64,000 nt of DNA from NCBI GenBank assembly GCA_965203315.1, contig OZ241857.1, positions 1,088,001-1,152,000 of the forward strand. The letters run 5' to 3'. Shown one piece after another: positions 1 through 10,169 of this stretch (position 1 is the first letter of the stretch; every line of letters begins with the position of its first letter). Below the pieces are notes generated by a model, which was given only the letters and a program-made list of their open reading frames with translations, made no database searches and was not told the origin of the DNA. Origin of the DNA: Nitrosopumilus sp. Its GTDB lineage: Archaea; Thermoproteota; Nitrososphaeria; Nitrososphaerales; Nitrosopumilaceae. The translations under genes and the position numbers were made by a program.

Positions 1-261
1 AAATACTTTACAACAAAAGAATCTCTGACATTCTTTCTTGGTGGCGACAACTTTATGATAGTTGCAAACGATTCGGCAACAAGTCAGGTAAAGGAGTTTA
101 TTGCAAAGATCAAACAAGAGTATTCTATAACATTGAACTGTGGTATCGGACGTGGTAGATCTGCACGTGCAGCTGCAAAACTAGCAACACAGTCTCTCGA
201 CACTATACGTGAGATTCGGGACTCTGGAAGACCAAAACCCGATGTTTATGAGGCATGTTAA
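1..261 (+). CDS. gch3: GTP cyclohydrolase IIa/III (C-terminal part, truncated by window edge)
   Basis: FFLGGDNFM motif in frame from base 1; GIG..AR.AA.LAT..LD.IR C-terminus; riboflavin gene downstream. Confidence 0.85.
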   Translation, partial: KYFTTKESLTFFLGGDNFMIVANDSATSQVKEFIAKIKQEYSITLNCGIGRGRSARAAAKLATQSLDTIREIRDSGRPKPDVYEAC

Positions 262-1424
262 TCAAAAATACTAGTGCCTTACTTGGTTCTGAACTAGAGT
301 TTGTAAAATGTATCAACATAGATATCCGAGATGATAAGTTCTATAAAATTGGCAATAGTACGAGATCGACAGAGTCTATAGATTGTGAAGGGTTCTTGAT
401 GATTCCAGGATTTGTAAACGCTCATACACACATTGGTGACTCTGTTGGCAAAGATATCGCAATTCATTCAGTAGATCATACAGTTCATCCAGTCTTTGGT
501 GCAAAGGCAAAGATCCTAAAGCAGACTAGTGATGATATCATGATAGATTTTATGAAGAGTTCCATACATGCGATGGTTCGCAAAGGCATCACAACCTTTG
601 TTGACTTTAGAGAGGGGGGCAGTAAAGGTGTCCACTTGTTGAAGCGTGCTCTACAGGGTACTCCTATTCGATGCATAATACTTGGTAGAGTGGAATCGTA
701 TTCAAATGTGCATCCAGAACAACTGTCCACTGACGTATTCAAAAATAAACTAGACGAACTCGTTGATCTGTGCGATGGTGTTGGTCTCAGTGGCGCCAAC
801 GAGAACAACGATTCAACCATACATCAATATTCCAATACACATAAACTTCGTGCAATTCATGCAGCAGAGACTCAAGAGAGTACAATATACTCTAAAGATA
901 CTAGTTCATTCTCTGAAGTAACTAGAGCATTACGTGTAAAACCACACTTTCTAGTTCACATGACTTGGGCATCTAGATCAGAACTTGCTCGTGCTGCAAA
1001 GAGTACTCGCGGCATAGTTGTATGTCCTCGCGCCAATGGTGTACTTGCAGCTGGTATTCCAAATATTATACAGATGAAGAATGCAGGATGTACTCTAGCT
1101 CTAGGTACTGATAACGTTATGATAAACTCGCCGGATATGTTTCGAGAGATGGATTACATATGGAAGGTCATGATGGCAACACACAGATGTCGAATAGAAC
1201 CACGTGAGATAATAAAGATGGCTACTGTAAATGGTGGCAAAATTGTTGATAGAGATATTGGCACAATTGATTTAGGTAAATCAGCTGATTGTATATTTAT
1301 TGATAAACATGCACTTGATCTAGAACCAATGCATGATCCATATGCTGCAATAGTTCATCGTGCAACAGAATCTTCAATACGCGCTGTAATGATAAATGGA
1401 GAGATAGTTTATGGCAAACTCTAG
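255..1424 (+). CDS. Metal-dependent amidohydrolase (cytosine deaminase/SsnA-like)
   Basis: PGFVNAHTH, HAAE, LGTDN metal-binding motifs. Confidence 0.9.
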   Translation: MLIKNTSALLGSELEFVKCINIDIRDDKFYKIGNSTRSTESIDCEGFLMIPGFVNAHTHIGDSVGKDIAIHSVDHTVHPVFGAKAKILKQTSDDIMIDFMKSSIHAMVRKGITTFVDFREGGSKGVHLLKRALQGTPIRCIILGRVESYSNVHPEQLSTDVFKNKLDELVDLCDGVGLSGANENNDSTIHQYSNTHKLRAIHAAETQESTIYSKDTSSFSEVTRALRVKPHFLVHMTWASRSELARAAKSTRGIVVCPRANGVLAAGIPNIIQMKNAGCTLALGTDNVMINSPDMFREMDYIWKVMMATHRCRIEPREIIKMATVNGGKIVDRDIGTIDLGKSADCIFIDKHALDLEPMHDPYAAIVHRATESSIRAVMINGEIVYGKL

Positions 1425-2067
1425 ACCACATGTAATACTTTGTGCTGCAATGTCAATCGACGGAAAGATTGCAACTAGTACAGGTGACTCTAAACTCTCT
1501 TCAGATACAGATCTATTGCGTTTACATAAATTACGTTCTCGAGTAGATGCGGTCCTAGTTGGTAAGAATACATTACTAGCTGATGATCCATTATTAACTG
1601 TAAGACGAGTACGCGGTTTAAATCCAACTCGTATAATTTTAGATTCGCGCGGCACTATTCCCAATGACTCTAAAATATTACAGACCAGTTCTGATGTTCC
1701 GACGATCATTGCAGTAACAAAAAGCATTACAAAGAGAGATAAATCTAGATTACAAAACTCATCAGCTGAGGTTTTGGTTGTTGGAACAAAATCTATAAAC
1801 CTCAAACTGCTGTTACGTAAACTACACAGTAGAGGTATACGAACTCTCTTGGTCGAGGGTGGCGGTACAACCAACTGGGAGTTTGTACAACACAATCTCT
1901 TTGATGAACTTGTTGTTACGATATCTCCATTTCTGGTGGGCGGTAAAGACTCAATCTCACTGATAGAAGGACTCGGATTCAGCAAGCTCTCTGACTCTCC
2001 CAATCTACGACTCAAATCGACTAAAAAGCTCCAAAATCATCTAGTTTTGACATATATCAACGTGTAA
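1411..2067 (+). CDS. arfC: 2,5-diamino-6-(ribosylamino)-4(3H)-pyrimidinone 5'-phosphate reductase (RibD C-terminal/Rib7)
   Basis: AMSIDGKIA, DAVLVG..T...DDPLLTVR and LLVEGGG motifs. Confidence 0.9.
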   Translation: MANSRPHVILCAAMSIDGKIATSTGDSKLSSDTDLLRLHKLRSRVDAVLVGKNTLLADDPLLTVRRVRGLNPTRIILDSRGTIPNDSKILQTSSDVPTIIAVTKSITKRDKSRLQNSSAEVLVVGTKSINLKLLLRKLHSRGIRTLLVEGGGTTNWEFVQHNLFDELVVTISPFLVGGKDSISLIEGLGFSKLSDSPNLRLKSTKKLQNHLVLTYINV

Positions 2068-2100
2068 GTTATTATATCAAGCCATTGTAGAATTACAAGA

Positions 2101-2310
2101 TTGGTAGCAAAAACCAAGAGCGCAGCCAAGAAAAAGACTGCCGATAAAAAAGGAACGTCATCCAAAAAGGCATTTGGGGGATACACAATTAGTTTTGCGA
2201 ATCGCGACGAGACATTGGAACAAGTATTTGGCAAAAAGCCTATTCCACCAAGTGAGATGACTAAAAAGATTTGGGCATTTGTGAAAGCAAATGAACTATC
2301 AAACAAATAA
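2101..2310 (+). CDS. Small SWIB/MDM2-domain protein with Lys-rich N-terminal tail
   Basis: L..VFG..P..PSE.TKKIW..VK...L SWIB signature; TTG start. Confidence 0.8.
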   Translation: MVAKTKSAAKKKTADKKGTSSKKAFGGYTISFANRDETLEQVFGKKPIPPSEMTKKIWAFVKANELSNK

Positions 2311-2315
2311 GTATA

Positions 2316-2346
2316 TTGATTAACGGTACCCGTTAATCGATTTTTT
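2316..2346 (+). terminator. Hairpin plus T-run terminator after the SWIB gene
   Basis: gattaacgg-tac-ccgttaatc stem (2318-2338) followed by tttttt. Confidence 0.65.
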
Positions 2347-2562
2347 ATATTTTATATCCGAATATAAAATATCAGACGTTATGCCTGATTCCTCATACTT
2401 GGATATTGTGACTCAGTCTCTAAAATCAAACTCTAGATACAAAAACTAAAGACTGCCGAGACAAGAATATCAACCTATTATCCATAGTAAAATTTCAAAT
2501 TACAAGAGTGGTTGTAGACATGACGCAAACAAAATATATACAAATCAATAAAACATACACAC

Positions 2563-3108
2563 ATGTCTACTGAATCGCTACGTCGTGATCATGATCTGAT
2601 TACCAAAGTAGTTCGTGCGATGGAGTCTACAGTTCAGTTATTAATTGATGGTAAAGAGATTCCAGAGTCTATCTTGCGTGACGTGATCGAGTTTACAACA
2701 AACTTTACTGATACATGTCATCATGGTAAAGAAGAAGAGTCATTATTTCCGACTTTGGAGAGAGCAGGCATGCCAAGCAACATTGGACCAATTGCAATGA
2801 TGCTACTAGAACATCAACAATCACGTGAGATTGTAACACGTATGATATCATCAACAAAAGAGTACCTAGATTCTGGTAATTCAGATAGACTAATTGTAGA
2901 TATGCAACAATACATCAAACATATCACAGAACATTTGTGGAAAGAGAATAATCGCCTCTTTGTAATGGTAGAGTCACGTTTACAAAATAGCTCCATAGAT
3001 ACAGATCTCGACAAGGTAGAAGCTACAAAGCTGGAGAGTTTGGGCAAGCCTCGAGATCATTATGAAAAGATTGCACGCGACCTAACAGATAACATCTCAA
3101 AGTTGTGA
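2563..3108 (+). CDS. Hemerythrin (HHE cation-binding) domain protein
   Basis: H...HHGKEE..LFP, EH, H...H..KEN..LF motifs. Confidence 0.9.
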   Translation: MSTESLRRDHDLITKVVRAMESTVQLLIDGKEIPESILRDVIEFTTNFTDTCHHGKEEESLFPTLERAGMPSNIGPIAMMLLEHQQSREIVTRMISSTKEYLDSGNSDRLIVDMQQYIKHITEHLWKENNRLFVMVESRLQNSSIDTDLDKVEATKLESLGKPRDHYEKIARDLTDNISKL

Positions 3109-3459
3109 CGAGGAATGTTTTTAGGAATCATGAACTTTGACGGTATATCAAAGATCAAGGCGTTCCGAGACTTTAATCTCTGCTCAATATTTTATCGAGT
3201 GATCCTCGTCAGAGTATATTAGGACTTTTTTGATACTTAAGCCATGTGTATTATTGATCAGTAAAGTTTAAAAGGTGTGATAAATTTGCCAACAGATTTA
3301 GCAACATCGTATCATTGTTTTCTATATACGCCAACTTGTGATATCATCTCATCATACTAATGCAGATCATGCTCGTTCTGCATATCCAAGATTTGATGGC
3401 TTGGTGGTACATGCTGTCTAGTCACTTGGATAACAGCTGGGTTGGTTAAGAGTCTGTGT

Positions 3460-3621
3460 TAAGTTGCTAATTCGGCGGAGGTTGGCATCTTTACAACTCT
3501 CTAAAATGTGCAAGATATGCAGACTGTCTCATATCGGCTTGTCATAAATTGCTACTGTTTTTAATCGCATACTGTACATTGAGACAACGTCTTCACCATC
3601 TCAACTACCGCAGACAGAGCC
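3460..3621. mobile_element. Degenerate copy of MITE family B (IS6-like ends)
   Basis: Internal similarity (ggcggaggttggcat, tctcatatcggct, atctcaac) to copies at 44376 and 60949; ends eroded, boundaries approximate. Confidence 0.55.
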
Positions 3622-4439
3622 GAGAATTTAGCCAAAAAGCAATCGACAATCCCAGTGTAAATTGGCGCTCAAACTTGTCATTCAACATAGTGTCGACTCT
3701 GAAGATTATCATAAAATCTAACAGATTTTATGTTTACAAACTCCAACATACCATATCTAGACAGCTCTCTCCCAAATCCACTATGTTTTATTCCACCAAA
3801 AGGTATTCGAGGATCAGATACTACAACATTATTGACACTTACTATACCAGATGCAATCTTGTTTGATATCTGTTCTGCCTTTTCTAAATCTCTAGTCCAT
3901 ATACTTGCACCAAGTCCAAACTCTGTATCGTTGGCCATACGTATAGCCTCTTCTTCGTCATCAACTAGTGTAACAGGAGCGACAGGACCAAACGTCTCTT
4001 CAGTCGCTATCCGCATATTTGATCTTATGCCCGTTAGGATCGTTGGTTCGTAAAAGTAGCCTCTTTTATTGACAATAGATCCGCCAAGCAGTATATCGGC
4101 ACCTTTTGACTTGGCATCTTCAACGATAGCGGATATTGTATCTAGGCCTTGTTTACTAGATAGTGGACCAATATCTGTATCACTAGACATCGGATCCCCA
4201 ACTCGTAGTCGTGATGTCTTTTGGATGAATTGATCTATAAAGTCATCAGCGATACTTTTATGGATAAAGAATCGCTTTGATGCAATACAACTCTGTCCAC
4301 AGTTTATGAACCTGCCCTTTACTGCACCTTCAGCTGCTTCTTCGATATCTGCATCATCTATAGTGACAAGATAAATTAATTTCAGTATCAACTATTTTTG
4401 ACATCATAAGTTATGAATTAATGTGTTCTAGACATTACA

Positions 4440-5486
4440 ATGGCAACAAAAAAGAGATCTGTCAATACTTCAAAGACATCTAAATCGCCCAGACGATGGT
4501 CTGGATCACAGAGAAAAATACTCAAGAAGGGTCTTAAGAAAAGAAAACACCAACACATACGACACAAAGTCATAGCTCTCAAGATGATCATAGTCGATGG
4601 CTGTACAGTAGCACTTGCTGCAAAATCTGTTGGAGTAACAGAACGTACAGTATACAATTGGCTCAATCGATTTGACGAAAAGGCTCTTTTTGGGCTGGAA
4701 GACAAGGGCGGTCGTGGAAGAAAACCCAAGATACCTGACGAAACATATGAGCAAATACTAGACACTCAAGAAAGAACAACACCTAGAGACATGTACAAGT
4801 TACTTTTAGACGAGACAGGTGTAAGACAACACTTTGATACGATAAGAAAGAGGATGAAAAAGTTAGGGTGGTCAAGGAAACGTTCACAAACGGCATACAG
4901 AAATCGAGCTAAACCTCCAGAGATCAAAGCATTCCGTAAAAGGGTACTGTCCATGTATGGACATCTCAAGAAGAAAGGTTGGAAACTGTTTGCAATGGAC
5001 GAGACAATCTTGACGTTAGAAACCAAGAATGGTGCTAAATTCTGGACCAAAATAGGCAGGCCTGTATATGCTACCTCAAAGGGGTCACGTGATAAAGTGA
5101 TCGTAATGGGGGCAATAGGTCAAGGTAGAGTGCAATACTTTGAGATAGTAGAGAGTACAAACAAGGCCTGTTTCTTGGAGTTTCTGAAAAACCTGTACAA
5201 ACGCTTTCAAAAAGTGATACTGCTGCTCGATGGTCCCAAGACGCATAAAGGAGAAGAGGTCGAAGAGTTCATCAAGGGCAAGGATATCAAACTCGTCTAT
5301 CTGCCAAGAGCAATACCCGAGTTCAATCCAATCGAAGAGTATTGGCATCAGCTCAAACGAGAGATCAAAGTTGGAGTATACTATGAGACAGTTGAAGAGA
5401 TGGAAGCTGCTGTGCGTGACTATCTAAAAAAGACACGACATACGCTCGATCTTTTGGCATTCATAAAAAGAGAGATCGTTGCATAA
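4440..5486 (+). CDS. IS630-family DDE transposase, apparently intact
   Basis: N-terminal HTH + GRGRKP; catalytic MDET, LLDG, PEFNPIEEYW. Confidence 0.95.
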   Translation: MATKKRSVNTSKTSKSPRRWSGSQRKILKKGLKKRKHQHIRHKVIALKMIIVDGCTVALAAKSVGVTERTVYNWLNRFDEKALFGLEDKGGRGRKPKIPDETYEQILDTQERTTPRDMYKLLLDETGVRQHFDTIRKRMKKLGWSRKRSQTAYRNRAKPPEIKAFRKRVLSMYGHLKKKGWKLFAMDETILTLETKNGAKFWTKIGRPVYATSKGSRDKVIVMGAIGQGRVQYFEIVESTNKACFLEFLKNLYKRFQKVILLLDGPKTHKGEEVEEFIKGKDIKLVYLPRAIPEFNPIEEYWHQLKREIKVGVYYETVEEMEAAVRDYLKKTRHTLDLLAFIKREIVA

Positions 5487-5490
5487 TACG

Positions 5491-5733
5491 TCAAACTCGT
5501 GTTAGTGGCTTTCTTCCTCTACCGGGTTTGTCTTCTAGTCCTGCAATTCCTTCTCGCTTGTATCGTCTTAGCCAATTATACACGGTACGTTCCGTCCTGC
5601 CAACATGCCTTGCTGTACGTGATATTGTGTTTTTATCAATTAGAACCATCTTTACACCAAAGATTCTAGTTCGTATGTGCGCGTACTTTTTATTTTTAAG
5701 AGCTAGAAGAAGATTTTTGTGTTTTGTACTCAA
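5491..5733 (-). CDS. Stand-alone HTH protein homologous to the IS630 transposase N-terminal DNA-binding domain
   Basis: HIRTRIFGVKMV..TISRTARHVGRTERTVYNWLRRY..GLEDKPGRGRKP aligns with the transposase N-terminus. Confidence 0.75.
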   Translation of the reverse strand: MSTKHKNLLLALKNKKYAHIRTRIFGVKMVLIDKNTISRTARHVGRTERTVYNWLRRYKREGIAGLEDKPGRGRKPLTRV

Positions 5734-6605
5734 GATATCACTAAAAATTATGTCAATGCGTGAATTTTAGTGTTTTAATGGACATAACAGTGAAATTAAT
5801 TCGTCATGTCACTATAGTACGATGAATGGATCACTACCACCAAGCTCTAGAACACATTTTTTCAGGTTGATAGATGCGCGTTGTCCTACCTCCGCTCCAG
5901 CGCTTGTACTTCCAGTAAACGTTACTGCATTCACATCAGAGTCGATCAGATGGTTTGCAGTGTCAACACTTCCCACCACAGTTTGAAATACTCCTTTGGG
6001 AATACCGGCTGCAGTAAAAGCTGATTCGATCTCGATTCCCGATTGTATGGTCAGTCGGGATGGTTTCATAACTATGACATTTCCTGCCATCAAGCACGGA
6101 GCTGCAAAACGTAGTGCTTGCCAATATGGAAAGTTCCAAGGCATTATTGAACCGATTACTCCGAGTGGCTCAAACGTCAAAAAACTCTTTCGTGCATCAG
6201 TGTTTAATATCTCGTTAGATAGAAAACTATCACCATGATCTGCGTAAAATTCTAATGCCCATGCGCATTTCTCAACTTCGCTTATAGACTCTTTGAGAGC
6301 TTTGCCCATCTCAGATGTCGCAACCTTTGCAAGATTGATCTTGTTCTTCTTCAAATAATCCACTAGATTGTATATGTAACTGCGTCGCTTCTCATAGTCT
6401 ATACGCCACTCTTCAAATGTCTTACCAGCTAGTTTGACACGTTCAAAGACCTCTGATCTATCCATTATGTCATATCGATCTAGCTCTTCTGTTGTTGCTG
6501 GGTTTGTTGTGATTATCTGGTTCAGTATCTTGTTTTGTATTGTCATGTATTTATCTTAAATTATTATCCTAGATATCAGTGTGTTATTGATATTGAATAT
6601 GAGGT

Positions 6606-7121
6606 CTAAAAGATCTGTTGCATATCGCCTTTGATGTCGTCGATCTTTTTCGCATAAGCGCGTTTGGATTTGTCATTCTTCTTCAAGTTTAACACCTTTC
6701 CACACGAAGGACATCTAAACATACCTTCTAGTGACTCTTCAAATGTAACTCTTGAGCAGTCATTGTTTCCACAATGATAAAAATCAGATGCATTCTCATA
6801 GTCTAATCTCTGCTGAAGTCGTTCAGTAATCTTTTTCTTTTGATTCTCGATAAAGGTCTCGACCTCGTCACGTCTAGTCTGCCATCTGTACACAAACCAC
6901 CCCTTTCTATCATCTTTTACCCTAATGCCTGTGATCAATGACTTGCCAAAGAGGTCATACAGAACCTTTCGTACCATATTTATTCGAAGTCCAGTAGAGC
7001 TCGCAATCTCTTCATCTGTGGCATCTTTTGCCTTGAGCAACGAGCGTGCAACCTTGAGATACTCATCTCCTCCTATCATTGCTGCTATACGCACAAATGG
7101 ATCTTCATACTTGTCAACCAA
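6606..7121 (-). CDS. tfe: Transcription factor E (TFE alpha)
   Basis: TDEEIA...G...N.VRK.LY.L winged helix, GWF.Y.W, Zn ribbon. Confidence 0.95.
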   Translation of the reverse strand: MVDKYEDPFVRIAAMIGGDEYLKVARSLLKAKDATDEEIASSTGLRINMVRKVLYDLFGKSLITGIRVKDDRKGWFVYRWQTRRDEVETFIENQKKKITERLQQRLDYENASDFYHCGNNDCSRVTFEESLEGMFRCPSCGKVLNLKKNDKSKRAYAKKIDDIKGDMQQIF

Positions 7122-7147
7122 TCACATCTACTCTATACATTCTAGTA

Positions 7148-7675
7148 TTAATCCCTTGTTTTGACATGTACATTCTTACCTTTAGCAGTAGGTACTATAC
7201 TTCGCTTTGCGCCGTCAAATGTATACTCGAACTGTTTTCCTTGCTGAATACGATCAAGAAATACTCCCAATGCACTGATCTCAGAGTGTGGCTGGTTACC
7301 GATACTGACGTTATAGTCGGCAATATCGTATACTTGTCTTGGAACCTTTTCAGCTCCAACCACAATCAAGATATCTGCATCGTGTATAGCATCTTGAATA
7401 TCATTGATCAGTTGACCGTACATTGTTAGATGTACAATCTTGAATCCATCTCGCTTTCGTTCTTTTAGGACAGACATCCAACTTTGACAGAACTGTAACT
7501 CAAAGTTGCCACCCCACGTATCATTGATCTTTGATATAGTATCTCTAATCTCTGGATTCACCTCGGTCATGTAGATCTTTGTTGCACCAAAAGCTCTAGC
7601 AACTAGAGCTACATGTGTTGTAACTCGATCATCTCTGACTAGTCGTTGTCCAATTCTAAGAACTTCTATCACCAA
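7148..7675 (-). CDS. trm56: tRNA (cytidine56-2'-O)-methyltransferase aTrm56
   Basis: [36 protein letters not shown]; start trimmed from the ORF track. Confidence 0.93.
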   Translation of the reverse strand: MVIEVLRIGQRLVRDDRVTTHVALVARAFGATKIYMTEVNPEIRDTISKINDTWGGNFELQFCQSWMSVLKERKRDGFKIVHLTMYGQLINDIQDAIHDADILIVVGAEKVPRQVYDIADYNVSIGNQPHSEISALGVFLDRIQQGKQFEYTFDGAKRSIVPTAKGKNVHVKTRD

Positions 7676-8759
7676 TTCCAATCGCCTCCACTTTACATTG
7701 TTCTTGTATAATATCATGTGCGAGTAGTTTGAGACCAGCAATGTTTGTACCGTTCTTGGCAGATACTTTGATCCATTTTTTGCTCTCACTCAAATTTAGT
7801 GCGACGATCTTTTCTTCAATATCTTTATCGTCTGTCTGATCGATCTTGTTCAACGCATAAATCATCTTGTCCCGTTCAATACCAAGATCAGATAGAGTCT
7901 TTATGCAGCTAGAGAATTTTTTTCGTAGTTCGTGTATTGGATTACTTGCATCGATTACAATTATTACGATATCTGCATATCCTATCTCTTCTAGTGTAGA
8001 TCTGAATGCATCTATCATATATGCAGGCAATTTGCTGATAAATCCAACAGTATCTGATATCAGAAACGACTCTCTCTGTATGGTTACTCGTCGTGTTGTT
8101 GTAGACAGAGTTGTAAATAGTTCGGTACTCTCTGCTCGGTCCTCGCCAGTAATTCTATTGAATAACGTTGTCTTGCCAGCTGATGTATATCCAGCTAGAG
8201 ATATGGTCTTAAATCCTGCTCTCTTTCGTCCCTGTCTGTGTAGCTCACGTTGACGACCTGCTCTTTCCAGCTTTGCTCGTATAGATTGCATTCTATGTTT
8301 GATATCGTTATAGTATACATCGACTCCAAACTTGCCTATTCCCATAAATCCAGGTTGTTCTCCCATGCTAGATAGTCGTACCTTTTCTTTTGCCCTTGCC
8401 ATCTCGTATCGCAATTGAGCAAGCTTTACTTGCAGCTTGGATTCAGCACTAGACGCTCTACGTTCAAAGATCTCTAGAATTAACGTCTCTCTATCCAAGA
8501 TTGTCTTGTGTAGGGTCGATGCAAGATTATAATTTTGACTAGGTTTGAGAATCTCATCAAATATGATTACATTTGGTCTCAAATTCTCAACCATCTCTTC
8601 TAGACGCTCAAGTGTATAACCGCTTATTCCAAACTTTGGTCTATTCAAAAATCGTTGTTTTATAATATGAATAACCTCATAGCCAGCTGTGTTACAAAGT
8701 TCTCTAGCTTCTTCTATAGCGTCATTATTGTCATATGTGATTAATATCGCTGAACTCAT
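7656..8759 (-). CDS. hflX: GTPase HflX
   Basis: [36 protein letters not shown]. Confidence 0.95.
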   Translation of the reverse strand: MSSAILITYDNNDAIEEARELCNTAGYEVIHIIKQRFLNRPKFGISGYTLERLEEMVENLRPNVIIFDEILKPSQNYNLASTLHKTILDRETLILEIFERRASSAESKLQVKLAQLRYEMARAKEKVRLSSMGEQPGFMGIGKFGVDVYYNDIKHRMQSIRAKLERAGRQRELHRQGRKRAGFKTISLAGYTSAGKTTLFNRITGEDRAESTELFTTLSTTTRRVTIQRESFLISDTVGFISKLPAYMIDAFRSTLEEIGYADIVIIVIDASNPIHELRKKFSSCIKTLSDLGIERDKMIYALNKIDQTDDKDIEEKIVALNLSESKKWIKVSAKNGTNIAGLKLLAHDIIQEQCKVEAIGIGDRSS

Positions 8760-8761
8760 AT

Positions 8762-9814
8762 CTATGTCTTCTTTAACGTCTTTTCTATATTCATGTTTAG
8801 TACAATCTCCGATATATCACTTGCGTACTCTGAGACTCTTCGTATATTCTCAGACATTCGTCTAACTCTATAGATCTCTTCATCTTCTGTTAATGTCTTT
8901 GCTACATCTCTAACTCTCTTTTCAAACTTGCTTATCTCATATGTCTGCTTTATGGTATTCTCTGCATGTAAGTAATCTTCTTTGAATAATGCAAGACATG
9001 CTTCGTCTAAAACCAAGAGACAAAAGTTATTCATATCGTCTAATCTCTTCCAGACATCCATCTTTATCGGTTTTTTGAACTCTAAGAGATCTTGAGCAAT
9101 ACGTGTAGCATGATCTCCGGCTCGTTCTATATTCTTTACAATTAATCTATATCCCAAACAGTCTCTTGCATTTCGAAAGCCCATCTCGTTTAACATATGT
9201 TCATTTTGAATTGCAATCTTTAGTTGTCGAATTATATAAAATCCAAATCGGTCTACCTCATCATCCGTATTTATCACCTCTTGAGCCAGATCAATATTAT
9301 TCTCTTTTATTGCAGTTAGAGCATCTCTTGACATTGATTTTGCTAGATGGATCATTCGCTTGAACGCACCGTCAACAGACAGCTCAAATAGGTTCACCAG
9401 CACTTGAATAGTAACTCCATCGTTCGAGTCTGAGATGATCTCAGATCCCATGAGTAATCGTTTCACTGCTTCTTTGATAGTCTTTCTTTGATTAGGACCA
9501 AATCTCCCATTCTTTGGCTTTATGTGTAGTGTACTAAAACCTAAAAAGTACAGTGATACCAGTCTTCGAATAGTCGATGATGGATCAGCATCTGCAGTAA
9601 TCTCTACAGTTGCATCATCTTTCTTTCGTGTACGTGTATCGAGTTTTGGTGGATAAATCTCCAATACCGACGAGTCTCTTCTGATCATCTTGATCTGTTC
9701 TCCCTTTTTTAGACCCACATCCATAATCCATTGTTTAGGCAATGAAACTATATAGGAAGATTTACCGGTAAATTGTATCTTTCTAGTCTCTTCTCTATCT
9801 ACCATAAATACCAC
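8762..9814 (-). CDS. AbrB-PhoU phosphate uptake regulator
   Basis: RKIQFTG.SSY.VSLPK.W N-terminal AbrB domain; DDEVDR and IER.GDHA PhoU motifs. Confidence 0.9.
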   Translation of the reverse strand: MVFMVDREETRKIQFTGKSSYIVSLPKQWIMDVGLKKGEQIKMIRRDSSVLEIYPPKLDTRTRKKDDATVEITADADPSSTIRRLVSLYFLGFSTLHIKPKNGRFGPNQRKTIKEAVKRLLMGSEIISDSNDGVTIQVLVNLFELSVDGAFKRMIHLAKSMSRDALTAIKENNIDLAQEVINTDDEVDRFGFYIIRQLKIAIQNEHMLNEMGFRNARDCLGYRLIVKNIERAGDHATRIAQDLLEFKKPIKMDVWKRLDDMNNFCLLVLDEACLALFKEDYLHAENTIKQTYEISKFEKRVRDVAKTLTEDEEIYRVRRMSENIRRVSEYASDISEIVLNMNIEKTLKKT

Positions 9815-9986
9815 AAATAATCTGTATCTATATAGGTTGACTATAATGTATTGGTACTGTGCTATTTTAGATTCTACTTTATAGTATTCTTGTCGGGGAA
9901 TGTCAGAGTACCTCTTGCATTATTATGATGAGATTTTTTTACTTGGAGTATCATACTAGGTGACATAGATACAAGATATTTCATTA

Positions 9987-10164
9987 GGTTCTTTTAACTT
10001 AACGGGGGGTCGATAGTTTTCATGCAACATTCTCTAAAAATTTTACAAGTTATGAAAAATGGTTAGAACATCCATTGTAGATTATTGCTGTTTTAAGTTG
10101 CATACAGTACGTTTCTTGAAATATCTGCATCTTAATCTTAACCCCCCGATAAGTTAAAAGAACC
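9987..10164. mobile_element. MITE family B (178 bp, IS6-like GGTTCT ends, 8-bp TSD)
   Basis: TIR ggttcttttaacttaacgggggg / ccccccgataagttaaaagaacc; TSD tttcatta at 9979-9986 and 10165-10172. Confidence 0.9.
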
Positions 10165-10169
10165 TTTCA

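Larger units (their letters stand above)
4361..5814 (+). mobile_element. IS630-family insertion sequence with two ORFs
   Basis: Imperfect TIRs tagtgacaagataaattaatttca / tgaaattaattcgtcatgtcacta; TA duplication at 4359-4360 and 5815-5816 within a CTAG target. Confidence 0.93.
3678..6546 (-). pseudogene. NAD(P)-dependent aldehyde (succinate-semialdehyde-type) dehydrogenase split by an IS630 insertion
   Basis: N-half 5815-6546 (PWNFP, FTGS, LELGGSDPFIVL) and C-half 3678-4360 (NCGQSC, EETFGP, PFGGIK.SG.GRE); removing the IS and one TA restores DPFIVL-DDADI in frame. Confidence 0.93.

Noticed and set aside
1374-2015. Long antisense ORFs (also 48379-48837, 48818-49372, 53769-54272)
   Set aside because: Shadows of well-supported genes on the opposite strand
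3124-3226. Possible small MITE (actttgacg / cgtcagagt)
   Set aside because: Short imperfect IR, no TSD and no second copy in the window
3549-3866. 105-aa + strand ORF
   Set aside because: Reads out of a decayed MITE and antisense into the dehydrogenase; no motif
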